From positions 32,922,001 to 32,986,000 of the forward strand of contig OX597825.1 in NCBI GenBank assembly GCA_951406725.2: 64,000 nucleotides of DNA, written 5' to 3'. Source of the stretch: Octopus vulgaris. Taxonomy: Eukaryota. Below, piece after piece: positions 42,022 to 54,204 of this stretch. Both the position numbers and the translations under genes were made by a program. Each line of letters starts with the position of its first letter. Within the stretch, counting starts at the first letter, position 1. The notes below the pieces were generated by a model that was given only the letters and a program-made list of their open reading frames with translations, searched no databases and was not told the DNA's origin.

Positions 42022-43074
42022 ATGTCTTATCAAAGGCGGACGCTACCACCTCCATATTATCCGTTTAGGTTTAACAAAACCTATTTAGACTATCGGTATC
42101 GATACGATCCACAATATGAAACCAAAGACAATGGACCTTTTAGCATTTTCGACAACACTGCAGATCAACCTTCAGACACTGTCATCATCACAGATCGCTC
42201 TATAGCTGGTTGTGTGTGCTTGCTCAACTTCGTTCTGCTGTTAGCCTTATGTTGTGTGAAGGCAAAAGACAAAAAACTTTTCCGATTACATCTAGTCAAT
42301 TTGACACTAATCAGCATCTTCACAGGTGTCGTTATATTAGCCTATGCCTTGTTCGTGAAGGTGCAAGGTGTAAACCGTTTTGATAAATTGACTTGCAAAA
42401 TATTCACCTTTGCCAAGTCGGTCCTCAATGATGCTTTGCCTCTTTGCCTTCTCGAAATACACCTTGACCGCTTCTTCTGTCTGATATCTCCGGACACTTA
42501 CCGCCATCCGGTACATCGCGCTATAGGTGCCATCATGGTTTTCATGCCTTGGGTCGTAGGTATGGCCATGACACTGCCTGAAGTCATAATGCAAGATGTC
42601 ACGTTACCCCTTGCAAATGATCGCTCGTTGTTTGGTTGTAAACTTAACGACTCTACCAACATGCATCATTTGACACAGATAGTTCGCTACATTCCGTCAG
42701 GCCTAGTGGTAATCAGCTTTCTACTGACGCTTATTGCTGTCATAGTACTCCTCTGTCCACATTGCTCGCCAGACAGGGACGACCGGGGCTCATTACTGAA
42801 CTCAATGGTTGCTCTCCTTCTGGTCGATGTATTCTTTTTCCTTATGCAAATGATTACGCGAACCATAAGTCTTGTGGCAGCCATCTGTCCAACGGGGGAG
42901 TGTACACGAGGATATATCTACATAATTCACCAATCATTACTTTCAAAATGGTTACACAGTGCTAATCCAGGTCTAAATCCGATTCTTTGGTTGTGTGATC
43001 GAGATATTCGACGTGGGTATCAAGCTCTGTGCTGCCTGGAGTGTATTACCAAGAAGAAGAGACGTACGGGTTAG
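42022..43074 (+). CDS. Rhodopsin-like (class A) GPCR, 350 aa, whole 7TM region in one exon; orphan, non-canonical motifs
   Basis: Seven hydrophobic segments; TM1 Asn (CLLNFVLL); TM2 NLTL; C3.25 (TCK) with an ECL2 Cys (FGCK); DRF at the end of TM3; TM4 W and P (PWVVGMAMTLP); TM5 P (YIPS); TM7 NPILW; helix 8 DIRRG; CC possible palmitoylation site; sequons NKT and NDS. Confidence 0.92.
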   Translation: MSYQRRTLPPPYYPFRFNKTYLDYRYRYDPQYETKDNGPFSIFDNTADQPSDTVIITDRSIAGCVCLLNFVLLLALCCVKAKDKKLFRLHLVNLTLISIFTGVVILAYALFVKVQGVNRFDKLTCKIFTFAKSVLNDALPLCLLEIHLDRFFCLISPDTYRHPVHRAIGAIMVFMPWVVGMAMTLPEVIMQDVTLPLANDRSLFGCKLNDSTNMHHLTQIVRYIPSGLVVISFLLTLIAVIVLLCPHCSPDRDDRGSLLNSMVALLLVDVFFFLMQMITRTISLVAAICPTGECTRGYIYIIHQSLLSKWLHSANPGLNPILWLCDRDIRRGYQALCCLECITKKKRRTG

Positions 43075-43185
43075 GCAGCTCAAACCGATCCTGCAAATAT
43101 TGACGGCGTAAGTACTCAATTTTTTCAATATCTATATCCACATCTTATACTTTATATCTATATCTCATAATTCATACACACACAC

Positions 43186-43238
<53 letters not shown>

Positions 43239-44191
43239 TATGTATGTATGTATATTAACAGTTAATATTTATCGAGGTGGTGGCTTTCATTGTATCGAAA
43301 GTCCTCAGTTTAAACCAATGCATTTTGATAACCATTTCACTTCGAAGCAAAGTCAGCAGTATGTTGTTCTTTTTACTTCTTTCCGTAATTATATTTCCAT
43401 ACAAGCTGAAGTTTGATTTTTAACATTAACTATTGCGCTAATTGAATCAGGTAACATCGAATATTGAAGCGAAATAAAAATTTAAAAAAAGAATCTGTGT
43501 AACAAGCATAAAATAATAAAGACAACTCATAACTAATAATGGTTACTGACTTTGGCAAAGAGCCAGACATTTATAGGGAAGCAGGATTTGGTCGATTTGA
43601 ATGAACTTTACTACTTATTTTATCGACCCTTAGAAGAATGAAAGAAGAATCAAACCCTGTGTGATGTGAATTCCTAACATTAAGTGACTTAACTAAATAC
43701 TACTACATTTAATACGATTTTCTAATGATCCTGCTACCTACTGTTCTCCGGAACTTTAGCAACGAAGATGGCGGAAAGAGTAGTCATTAATAAATCTCAA
43801 GTAGAGACTGCAAATGTATTGGAACAGGAAACGTCAGGTATTTTCCGGGCAACGCTCAAGTATTTTAGCTTGTGTAAATATACAGCATACGCTAGAAATT
43901 CCCATTTACCATATTTCCTAAATTAAGCCAGGAATGGCCATCATAGGAATTTATGCGCCATATTTCTACTGCGTATTAAATTTTAATGACATACTCGACT
44001 GGGAAGAATTTCAAACTCGATATTGTAGAATGAATTATCTAACTCAATTCCTTTGAACAGTCATACCAACACTTATGTGCATAAATGTTCTAATACACAT
44101 AAATGCACGCAGACATATATATACACATATCCACGTGTACATATAAAGATACACATTAAGTACATGCATGAATGCATAATACATAAATACA

Positions 44192-44222
<31 letters not shown>

Positions 44223-44265
44223 GCATGCATACAATGCATGAATGCATAATACATAAATACATACA

Positions 44266-44296
<31 letters not shown>

Positions 44297-44349
44297 GCAT
44301 GCATACATACGTACATAGATATATATGTACATACAAAAATATGTATGTG

Positions 44350-44385
<36 letters not shown>

Positions 44386-44515
44386 TATACGCAAACATCC
44401 ATATAAGCATGCACGCATGCATACATACATACATACATACATACATACATAAACATTCAGAACTACATATATGAATACATGTGTACAAACGCACGTACAT
44501 ACATACATACATACA

Positions 44516-44549
<34 letters not shown>

Positions 44550-44715
44550 CATACATACATACATACATACATACATACATACATACATACATACATACAT
44601 ACATACATACATACATACATACATACATACATACATACATACATACATACATACATACATACATACATACATACATACATACATACATACATACATACAT
44701 ACATACATACATACA

Positions 44716-44747
<32 letters not shown>

Positions 44748-45429
44748 CCAAAAAATTCATACGTACATACGCGTTTGCTTCCTGAATTTGATGATGACTA
44801 TCTTCTTCAATTGTCGATGCATTCCTGACTGTACATTCACCCATCTTCTTTAATTGAGACGCCTTATAAAACCATAGCAGCAATACAATTGCGACTGCTA
44901 CATGTACGTTAAACCTTCCATGTTCCTTCATGTGTAACAAATCAACAGATGCAACGGTATTCCATCGTCCCAGACGCACATGATACCCCGACCACAACGA
45001 CAACAATAACAACTTCTGACAGCCAAGAACCATGAAGTCACACTGCAGAAGTCACCTGGACAATGAACACTTATAGTGACAATGTGACAATGTGCATATT
45101 TTAGTATCACAACCACTCACTCGGCGTGTTGGCAGAAACGTTAGCACGCTGGGCGAAATTCTTAGCGGCATTTCGTCTGCCGCTACGTTCTGAGTTCAAA
45201 TTCCGCCGGGGTCGACTTTGCCTTTCATCCTTTCTACTATAAGCACAAGGCCTGAAATGTTGGGGAGGGTGATAGTCGGTTAAATCGACCCCAGTGCGAC
45301 CTCGACGGAATTTGAACACAGAATGTAAAGACGGACCAAATGCCACTAAGAATTTTACCCTGCATGCTAGCGATTCCGCCAGCTCGCTGTCTTATATACA
45401 TACTTATATAATGCATATAAACAAAAGAT

Positions 45430-45720
45430 ATGTTTTGTAGTGAAAATCAGCTGCCCTTTGATCACTAATGTGGTTAGAAAAATACAAGAGAAAAAGAGCA
45501 TTGATAGGGAGTTTGAAAATCCAGTACCCAAGATACACTTTCAGTTTCATACTTATTATTACTGGAGCAACGGGATGCATACCAACCCGTCTGGAGCAAA
45601 GTATGACTAAACGTGAGATCTTGGGGAGAGAACGAAAATTTTTAATTCATGCACTACAGATGATTTCAATATGTGGGACTCTAAAAAGTCTGAAAGACCT
45701 TCTTAAGATTTAAAGGATGA
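45430..45720 (+). mobile_element. RLE-type LINE 3' fragment of the same type as the 28.2-28.9 kb copy
   Basis: VKISCPLITNV..YPRYTFSFILIITGATG..LQMISICGTLK. Confidence 0.7.
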
Positions 45721-46552
45721 CGGTTAAATCAAGATAACTTCCTTCATAACCCTGCTACCAACTTGGTGGCGGTCAAAATTTATTTTAAATAAGAAAGAGA
45801 AAGAGAGACATACATACATATATTTATGCATACATATATAAGGATGCATAAGGATGCCCCTAAAACAACACATTTTTGGTAGACCTTAATTGTACCATAG
45901 CTATGCATTCGCTATTACTCACATCCTCAGCAACTGCCTAAAAATGTCTAGTAAATATCTTCTCATGAGACTTGACATTGTTGACAAAGCAGTTTATGAG
46001 GCTTTCTGTAGAAAGAAATCTCCTGGCGGTCATGCAAAATGCATAATACAACTAGAGTGCACACACTTATTGAGAAATAAGGAATGCTGGTGAGACTTTC
46101 CAATAAAAGCAGCAATCTAGAGCAAACACAACAGAAGTGATGTTGCTTCTAGAGTAGGGAATAAAAGTTGTGTATTGCTGCATAGGTCAGTAGAAGCAAA
46201 TATCTCATCAAATGTTATCGAAAAAGAGAACATCTATAGTTAGCTAATGCGAAATTTACTGCACATGTAACAGGTTTTAGATTTCCTTAGTACCTATTAT
46301 CATGGGTGTTCTGGACAATAAATAAACAGTTTTATGTAAAAGCGTTATGTTTACAGAAGAAGAAAAAAGAAAGAAAAGAAAAGGGAAACGGAAAGTAGGC
46401 CCCTTCACATCCTACAATAAATTAGTCGTACAGAGTGGTTTGGAAGACATTCCAGAGAATCTCCATCTTGATCTGCTATAAAGAAAATGTACCTATCACT
46501 GCATGTACATATAAGGTATATATACAAATATATACACATACGTGTATATATT

Positions 46553-46865
46553 TGTCGGTTGCGACGACGGTGTCTCAGCTGATACGATCGACGGAACAGC
46601 TTGCTCGTGAAATTAACGTACAGGTGGCTGAGCATTCCACAAACACGTGTATCCTTAATGTAGTTTTCGGGGAGATTCAGCGTGACACAGAGTGTTACAA
46701 GTCTGGCCCTTTGAAATACAGGTACTACTTATTTTTGCCAACTGAGTGGACTGGAGCAACATGAAATAAAGTGTCTTGCTCAAGGACACAACGCGCCGCC
46801 GGGAATTGAACTCGCGACCTTACGATCATGAGCTGAATGCCCCTAACCACTAAGCCACACGCCTT
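46553..46865 (-). mobile_element. tRNA-derived SINE family 3
   Basis: Minus-strand head ggcgtgtggcttagtggttagg..gagttcaattccc and GTGTCCTTGAGCAAGACAC; headless inverted copy at 47180-47390; head remnant at 62060-62210. Confidence 0.85.
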
Positions 46866-47541
46866 ACATATATACAAACATACACAATTCTCAGTACCAA
46901 CTGTACTCTAGGTGAGAAAGTATGAAGGCAACGAATGAAAGAATGATAACATCTGCATCTCTGAAGCGAAATGTTCTGTAAAGGCAATAGCTAGTAAACC
47001 ATATTAACTGGCGCATCCAAATGTAAAGACACTTGTTGAAGTTGATGCCGACAATTACTCCCAAGTTTTTGATATTGTTAAATCCATGAGAGGTTCTCCT
47101 GAAAAGTAATTTTCTAAAGGAGATGAACTCAAAAATATTTCTGTTTTAGTTGTTTGTTTGTTGATTGGTTTGTTTTCTCTCAGTCCACTCAACAGGCAAA
47201 AAGGAGTAGTACCTGTATTTCAAAGGGTCAACCTTGTCACACTCTGTACCATGCTGAATCTCCCCGAGAACTACGTTAAGGGTACACGTGTCTGTGGATT
47301 GCTCAGCCACTTGCACGTTAATTTCACGAGCAAGCTGTTCCGTTGATTGTATCAGCCGGGACCCTCGTCGTCGTAACCGACGGAGTGCTCTCATTGTTTT
47401 CTCTTACCGAACCCTGGATCATTTCAAAGATTCATTCGGTCAGCTTCTCCGTTAATCTTTCCAGAGATTAGAATCCTAAAAAGGTATATGCTATATGTGT
47501 GTATGTGTGTGTTTGTTTATACATCCATACATGCATACATA

Positions 47542-47604
<63 letters not shown>

Positions 47605-47700
47605 ATAAAACGGTAAGATAACAAAAGAAAGAAAGAGACCTCAATATTATGTAAATAGAGGAAATTTATCTATACAATATGTTACATTACTCGGTAGTCA

Positions 47701-47763
47701 AGATAAAACTCTGAGTTTCAGATGCCGAAGTGGAAATCCACAACACCATCTCTTCGGTTATCT
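47701..47763 (-). ncRNA. Second copy of the same hammerhead fold on the opposite strand
   Basis: Reverse complement of 47796-47858. Confidence 0.65.
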
Positions 47764-47795
47764 GGCTATTTTCCAGATAACCGAAGATAATAGCC

Positions 47796-47858
47796 AGATA
47801 ACCGAAGAGATGGTGTTGTGGATTTCCACTTCGGCATCTGAAACTCAGAGTTTTATCT
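47796..47858 (+). ncRNA. Type-I hammerhead fold (CCGAAGA core), right arm of a palindrome
   Basis: AGATAA-CCGAAGA-GATGGTGTTGTGGATTTCCACTTCGGCATC-T-GAAA-CTC-A-GAG-TT-TTATCT; stems I-III pair; U4C and one extra U before GAAA. Confidence 0.65.
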
Positions 47859-47887
47859 TGACTACCGAGTAATGTAACATATTGTAT

Positions 47888-47952
<65 letters not shown>

Positions 47953-48424
47953 CATATATACATACATATAAACCCGAATATGCAAGTTCGGATTTATACA
48001 CTCGTTCTGTATTTAGCCTGCTTAGTGTGGTGGAGTGAGGGGTATTATTACTTCATTCAACTCTTCTGTTGAGGTTCGGTCTATCTTCTACTATGTGTGT
48101 GGTCTCTGTAATTTGTCTGAGTGCCGTGTTTGCTCTGTATGTCTATAAAATCCTAACATCTATGTTATCAAACGAACCTCCACGTTTAAATTGAGTATGA
48201 TTATAGAGCACTGCCGAGTTTTTCTCCATTTTGATCCCACCGTCAGTGTTCACTTATCTGCCCAACTTTGCTACGTGCTGTCTCTCCAATGTACGTCGTT
48301 GTCCTGTTTCTGAACTGTCCTTCTGTACACTTCATTCTATAGACTACATTGTGTGTGTGTGCACGCGCACGCATGTATGTATGCATGCATGTATACAAAT
48401 ATGTACATATATTACAATGAAATA

Positions 48425-48739
48425 AAAATGATAAACGTCGCCCTTCTCAAACCAAGCCAGGCTCATGGGCCCAGTTTCCCGGTTTCTGTGGCGTATGTGT
48501 TCCCCCCAGCTGGACGGGACGCCAGTCCATCGCAGCGTTACTCAAGAAACAGAAAGAGAGAGTGAGAGAAAGTTATGGCGAAAGAGTATAAGGGGTCACC
48601 ACAACCCCCTGCCAGAGCCTCGTGAAGCATTTAGGTGTTTTCGCACAAGAAACACACACAACGCCCTGTCTGGGAATCGAAGCCGCGATCATCCGACCGC
48701 GAGTCCGCTGCCCTAACTACAGGGCCATTGCGCCTCCAC
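48425..48739 (-). mobile_element. tRNA-derived SINE family 4 with V-domain-like core and 14-bp TSD
   Basis: TSD ATTACAATGAAATA at 48411-48424 and 48740-48753; minus strand GCGATGGACTGGCGTCCCGTCCAG. Confidence 0.88.
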
Positions 48740-49239
48740 ATTACAATGAAATACAGTAATATTAATCTGCTGCAAAAGCTTATATTTGATTCTAGCAAAA
48801 TATAGAGTAGTGTTATAATATAGTCTGACTCTACATATGCAATTATTTATAAATACAGAAGTATCATGTCAGTAAACATGTGATTCATTAAATAATGCCT
48901 CAAACTATTTTTACAAAAAACTATCTTGAAATCTTTTGCTTAATTCTGAATATTAGAAGTTACATAAGCAATTGCGTATGTAGATATATTCATTAATAGT
49001 TAGTGTCACTGCTTCAGTAATTGTAAGTAGAGAAGTATAAATGTAATCAGATATACGATTCCACTGCGTATCCATTAATCCATTCGTCAGTATGTTTTGA
49101 CGTTTAAGCCGTCTACAAATATTTTATTTTGAGTATATTTGCTTGCGATTTATATAGGCACATACGCAGAGAAGTCTAAGTGTGTGTGTGTGCTTGTATT
49201 CATATGTATATAGATAGATAGACAGATATAGATATATGT

Positions 49240-52200
49240 GTTATTATTATTATTACTATCATTATTATTATCATTATATGTTTGACTTTTACTATGTATT
49301 TGTACAAGTTGGCTCCAAGTCTTACCCAAACACCTCAAGTAACAAGTTAGAAATTCATGTTGGAGTTATGTCTAGGGTGTCGTATATTTGGTTTTGCATG
49401 TAGTATTGTTTTAGAGAATGCTTAAGAAAACATAAGAAAATTATGAATTTGTTTTAAAATTTGAGATTACATAGACAGTATTTTACGTAGGAGATAGGCA
49501 GTTCCCATGAGCACTATCTTTTGAAGTTCTGCCATTCTGGGTATCTGGGTTTCCTGGTATCTGGGCTAGATAGGAATTAGTCCCTTTTGCTATCATTCCT
49601 AGGGCACTTATGACAACAAGTGTTGCTTTAGTCAGAGGTCCCACATTTTGCCAATTTCTATTTCAAGATCTTTATACTTGCTCAGCTTTTGGTAGGTCTT
49701 GACATATACATTTATGTCGTTTGGGACAGTCATATCAATGAGGAGGCATGTTCTTTGTCTGAAGTCTCCCAATATAATGTCTGGCCTATTCGCATCTATC
49801 TTTCTGTCAGTTTGAATGGTGAAGTTCCAGAGGAGTGAGATGTGATCATTTTCAAGCACTGGAGGTGGTGTGTGTTCCCACTAGTTTTTATCATGGGGCA
49901 GGTCCAAGTTTTTGAAAATTGCCCAGTAAATATATTGTGCTGCTCTATCATGCCTACTGAGATACTCTGTTGGCACAAGAATACTGCACTTGGAGACAAC
50001 ATGATCAATGGTTTCATTTTGTTGTTGACATACACGACATGTTGGGCTACTGCCGTTCTTTAATATGTTGGCCTGGTAGTTTCTTGTAGGTAAACATTGA
50101 TCTTGGGTTGCTATGGTAAACCCTTCTGTTTCTGATTTTAAGCTAGAAGACACTAACCATTATTGATGGGTAAGGGCTTTGTCAATAACGGCACTATTAG
50201 CTCTCTTTGGGTATTTGCCAATGAGAGGTTTTTCTTGCCATTTATCAGTAAGAATATCTAAGGTGGCAGTTTTAGTACGGGTTTTCATATGCTTAGCTTT
50301 TTCTGTGCTTGTTTCTAGTACGTCTAATTCTGGAATTTGCTGTATTTGGAATTCACTTAGATATTCCTTTGCTTGTTTTGTTACTGAGTATGATGCCTTC
50401 TTTGTTAATTCCAGTTGTAAAAGTCCTCGGCCACCCTCTTTTCTAGGCAAGTAAAGTCGTTCTATATCTACCTTAGGGTGGTGCATTTGCGGCATTGTCA
50501 ACAATTTTCCTATTTTTCTGTCAAGATTACGTATTTCAGTGATTGACCAGTTAATGATATTGACACTGTAAGTCACGACTGTTATAGCTAAAGTATTGAT
50601 CGCTTCGATCCTGTTTCTTGCATACCCTACGATAACATTCTCTTCTGATCCTTTCCCTCATCACTGAATGCTTGATTCCGTCCCCTTCAAATGCCCCTAG
50701 GTATTTGTAGCTCTCCGCTGGTGCTAATTCCTTTATGACATCCTGCTGGTCAAGATTAACATTGGATGTTTCTGTAAATTTTTCTTTGATAAAAGTAGCT
50801 TTTCCACATTTATCGATGCCAAATTGCATCCTGATGTCATCACTGAATTTTTTAACAATCGCTAGTAAGCCCTGTAGTTGTTGGTCATTTATTAAATTTA
50901 TTTATTTTTTTTTTTTTTTTTTGAAAAGAGCTTTAAATCATCTATGTAAATAAGATGATTTATATTTTTAGCAAACATTTTATAACCGTATTGTACATCA
51001 TCGAGCAATTGCGACAGAGGTATTAAGGCTAAACAAAAGACGAGTTATGATGGAGAGTCACCCTTGAAAATGCTACATGAAACTGTTACATCTCCAGCAT
51101 TAAGAGATTCATTGTCACTGTTCAAAGTCAGTGTGGTTCTCCATGATCTCATATTTACAGACAAGAAGTTTCGCAGAGTAGGTACTATTTCATGCATTTC
51201 CAGACATTTCTTAATCCACTTATGTGGTAGACTATCAAAAGCTTTTTTATAGGCTATGCAGGCTATCGACAAGATTTTGCGTCGTTTGTGACAATCTTCC
51301 AAGATCATCTTATTGATGAATAGCTGATCTTTACAACCATAAGACCCACGTTTACATCCTTTTTGCTCATTAGGGAATATGCCACTTTCTATTAAAAAAT
51401 GACAGGTATATTCAGTCAAGACAGATGTTAGCATTTTATACATTGTTGTTAAGCAGGTTATGGGTCTATAATTTTTGGTTCATTTGTTTCTTCATTTTTT
51501 GGAAGTAGGAACGTTACACCATTAACTAGCCAAGAGGGAATCATACTAGGTTGTTGCAAAATATTGTTGTAAAAAAAATTTGTTAGTAGTTCATATCTCT
51601 CTGGGAAAGCATTCAACCAGAAGTTAGGAATTTTATCCTTTCCTGGAAACTTCTGTTTGCTTGACTTCCTGAGAGCAGATCTTACAACATCTGCCTTGAT
51701 ACCCTCTCACTTTTGCTCTTCTAATCTGTAGATATTCTATCAATCCAATGTGTGTTTTTTCTTCGGCCCAAATTTTATTCCAAAATTCCGGCACTTCTTT
51801 TGATGGGACAGACTTTACTGTAACTGGTATTTTCTCTATCTTCCCGTAGAAAATTTGGGGGTTACTTTTGAACATGTTGTTGTCCTTGAAGTATCTAACG
51901 TACTTTTCATACCTTGCTATGCGGGCAGCTTTAGCACATGCCTTTTGCTTGCTTGTTTCTATGGTGGTATCGATGTCAAATATGGTTTTCATATAATATT
52001 TTTCTTTAATTTTCGGATTATGGTTGGTTTGATAGTCTTGTCATTCTATGTCAGACCTAAGTAGCTGAATTTGGTGTTGAATACGCTCTTGCCAAGTAGG
52101 CTTTTGTGGGAATGTTATCGTTTTCTAATCTTTTCATCACATAGAATCGTTGAGATTTTTGCGGATGCATAGTAGAGGTGGTTTAGATCTGTAATATCAA

Positions 52201-52260
52201 TATCATTAGCCGAAATTATATCTTTAAGTGCAAGGCGGATTTTACCAATTATTTTCAGGT
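49240..52260 (-). mobile_element. 5'-truncated, frameshifted R4/Dong-like retrotransposon (RT, CCHC finger, restriction-like endonuclease)
   Basis: EQKGCKRGSYGCKDQL, KKAFDSLPH, IFKGDS, FGIDKC, YKYLG, ERLYLPRKEGGRGL, CRVC..ETIDHVVSKC, RHD, ANRPDI..LIDMTVP..KYKDL; 3' UTR ends in (AAT)n; (TAA)n at the 5' junction too. Confidence 0.93.
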
Positions 52261-52292
52261 TATATTATTATTATTATTATCATTATTATTAT

Positions 52293-52401
<109 letters not shown>

Positions 52402-52719
52402 CTCATGGCTTTTGATCTTAACTGATTGGAAGCGTTATCATGTACATGTTTTGTCTTGGTATAAAAGACGGGCTACAACAAATATTCTGCTCAATACCAC
52501 AGATTCGCATTCAGTTGTTTGACCTTAACCAGTTGAGCATGTCCCTTGGTGGCTGACGATATATGCATCTCTGATAACGAGCAGGAGTAGTAGGGGAGGA
52601 TCATAGCCATGTGTTGAAAGGAATTCTTTGGGATTTGAATAATTTCGTTCATCATCCTCAGACAGCCTTTATCCAAGGACCATTTGAGCGGGATGGGCTA
52701 CAGTTCCAGTGATGGCTTG

Positions 52720-52860
52720 GATGTGTAGTCTTCAAATCTGCTTTCTCTTTTCTGGTTTGATTTTGAGAAGCCTAATTTTTCAAGACTGGTATTTAGGCAA
52801 TGTGTTACATATCCCAATGCCCCAATAATTACAAGCATATACCAGAATTTGTATGTTCAG
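52720..52860 (-). mobile_element. RLE-type LINE C-terminal fragment
   Basis: YKFWYMLVIIGALGYVTHCLNTSLEKLGFSK. Confidence 0.7.
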
Positions 52861-52872
52861 GTTTATGTGTAC

Positions 52873-52928
<56 letters not shown>

Positions 52929-53063
52929 ATATAGGACACTATTGTAGTTCGCTTGAAGCATTGTGTATTGTTTGTAAAATATAATGTCTTGAATGGTACA
53001 ACAATGCACTATAATAACAACAATGGACTACAATAACTGTTATAATTTAATTATCCATAGTCT

Positions 53064-53111
53064 GATATAATAATAATATTTCGGAATGCAAAAATTCCTT
53101 CTTTAGATATC
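53064..53111 (-). ncRNA. Hammerhead fold, G5A core, left arm of the same fold-back element
   Basis: Near-exact reverse complement of 53495-53542. Confidence 0.55.
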
Positions 53112-53494
53112 GGTAGGAATTGTTCAAGTCATTGCTAAATCGTTTTTCCGACGGTTACTGATTATTTTTTATTTTTTCCGGAAGCGTCTCTGCAGTGGTC
53201 TCACGAAGCTCCTTCCGGAATTCCTAAAGAGAAGTGCGTGAGCGGCCATGTCTCAAGCTAGTTATGTATTATACGTGCAGCTTCCTTTCCCAACTCCTCT
53301 TTATTTTTTTTTTTTTTAAATAATACATCAGTTTTTCATCAAAAATGAGCCTACCCGCATCCAGATGTAGCTAAATAATATATTGATTGCCAACCTCCAG
53401 CCACTGCAGAGACGCTTCCGGAAAAACAAAAAAAAAACAAAATTCAGTAACCGTTGGAAAACCGATTGTAGCAGTGACTCGAACAGTTCCTAGC

Positions 53495-53542
53495 GATATC
53501 TAAAGAAGGAATTTTTGCATTCCGAAATATTATTATAATATC
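53495..53542 (+). ncRNA. Hammerhead fold, G5A core, right arm of a fold-back element
   Basis: GATAT-CTAAAGA-A-GGAAT-ttttgc-ATTCC-GAAATATT...ATATC; stem II GGAAT/ATTCC; palindromic AATATT stem III. Confidence 0.55.
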
Positions 53543-53639
53543 AGGCTATGAATAATTAAATTATAACAGTTATTATAGTCCATTGTTGTTATTATAGTTT
53601 ATTGTTGTACCATTCAAGACACAGTATATTTTACATATA

Positions 53640-53704
<65 letters not shown>

Positions 53705-54074
53705 ATGCATGTATGTATGCATGTATGCATGCATGTATGTATGTATAAACAGATACACAGACACACAGAGATACACACACAGACACACACACACAAACAC
53801 ACACACATACACACAGACACACATACACACACACATGGATATTTGGCATGGATCAAGCCAGAAATACGCCGTTACGAAATCAACTTCTTTTTAACTACAC
53901 AACAATGTTGTTGACCATTGCAGGGGAGAAAATCGTGAATACATATATTATTTCTAAAACACAAAACATTTAAGCTATAATACATCAATATCATTGTTAA
54001 TAGCGTTAATTGTACTAGTTTGAGTCCATGGCTATCGAAATAGAATTGGCTGAGAAACAGTGAAAATAGCCATC

Positions 54075-54170
<96 letters not shown>

Positions 54171-54204
54171 GTAATTCGTTTTATTTTTACTACTTTTTAA
54201 ATGA

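Larger units (their letters stand above)
47602..47892. mobile_element. Palindromic non-autonomous element, probably derived from an inverted Penelope pLTR
   Basis: Apparently perfect ~104-bp inverted repeat (47667-47770 / 47789-47892); (TA)n on both sides; one hammerhead fold per arm. Confidence 0.8.
52973..53635. mobile_element. Fold-back element with ~230-bp imperfect inverted arms
   Basis: 52973-53198 is the reverse complement of 53401-53635; ~200-bp spacer; lies between TG/TA microsatellites. Confidence 0.85.

Noticed and set aside
42022-43074. GPCR as an opsin
   Set aside because: Position 7.43 is Ser; the nearby Lys is at 7.39, not the retinal-binding site.
48660-48739. tRNA genes at SINE heads
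   Set aside because: A and B boxes are present, but they run into SINE bodies with TSDs and form no full cloverleaf.
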